This document shows positions 63,443 through 64,000 of a DNA stretch of 64,000 bases, piece after piece. Both the position numbers and the translations under genes were made by a program. Origin of the DNA: Octopus sinensis (taxonomy: Eukaryota); assembly GCF_006345805.1 (NCBI RefSeq), contig NC_043005.1, positions 31,868,001 through 31,932,000 of the forward strand, in the 5' to 3' direction. Numbering within the stretch: position 1 is the stretch's first letter; every line of letters starts with the position of its first letter. A model generated the notes under the pieces. It made no database searches. It was given only the letters and a program-made list of their open reading frames with translations, and was not told the origin of the DNA.

Positions 63443-64000
63443 TTAGTAATTGGATTCGAAGAGTTTTGTGTCTTTTTTGTGTGTTTGGTCTTGTGTATCC
63501 GTTTTTATATTTTTAATGTTCGTGTGAGGTGGGTATTTTTTCCTCTCCCTCTTTGTCATCGACCAGTCATTGTCCCTTACCTCCATTGAGGTATATGGAA
63601 TATCCATTGTAGACTCCCTCTGTCTATCCTCCTCTTTTTCTACTGATTTCTCTACTGTGTTCCGCTTGGTTATTTCTTTCCTTGAGGGATTCTCTTCAGG
63701 TGTCGTCTTCTCTCCTTCACTTTGTTGTACAATGGGTGCTGCCTTTCTTTTTGTCTGTGCTGCTGTATGTTCTTCAGGTGGCAGGGCCTGAGGGCACGTT
63801 GCTTTTGTGTGGCCTTTCAGCCCGCACCTGAAGTACCTTAGGCTTCTGCCCGGAACCATTATCCTTAACTTTGTTTCGTCGGGTAGAATGACAAATTCTG
63901 GGATCTCTTCTAGATCCCTAACTTTTGCCGCACCACTTTTGTAAGATTTTGCTTTCAACTTGAAGAAGGGTTACCTCCTCTTTTATATTCACACATATGG
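63443..64000 (-). mobile_element. gag-like ORF1 fragment (L1/Tx1-type), continuing beyond the window
   Basis: R(Y)FRCGLKGHTKATCP degenerate CCHC knuckle followed by a charged linker; similar architecture to 2993-4041. Confidence 0.6.

Noticed and set aside
60594-64000. Next oxidase exon (expected about 55 nt)
   Set aside because: No AG-bounded frame with the expected G..F....V.S..E pattern was found; it probably lies beyond the window.

Overview
AT-rich, microsatellite-dense animal genomic DNA. The SINE and repeat content suggests an octopod cephalopod (inference). One host gene is supported: the first four coding exons of a D-amino-acid oxidase/D-aspartate oxidase family gene (+ strand, 44694-60593, continuing beyond the window). 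Everything else recognisable is transposon-derived. This includes many R4/Dong-type RLE non-LTR retrotransposons, mostly embedded in (TAA)n tracts and all co-oriented with them, with a head-to-tail array at 11.8-18.4 kb. There are also Penelope-type fragments carrying hammerhead-ribozyme motifs, often as fold-back structures; two Chapaev(3)-type DNA transposons; hAT, Tc1, mariner and Merlin remnants; RTE and Tx1 fragments; and three SINE families. The most unusual signal is that two unrelated 5'-truncated R4/Dong copies each carry their terminal 26-29 nt reiterated 6-7 times at the 5' junction with the (TAA)n target. Other notable signals are hammerhead fold-back elements, an inverted SINE pair bracketing exons 2-3 of the oxidase gene, and an intronic pre-miRNA-like hairpin. 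All family assignments come from motifs read by eye; no database searches were run.
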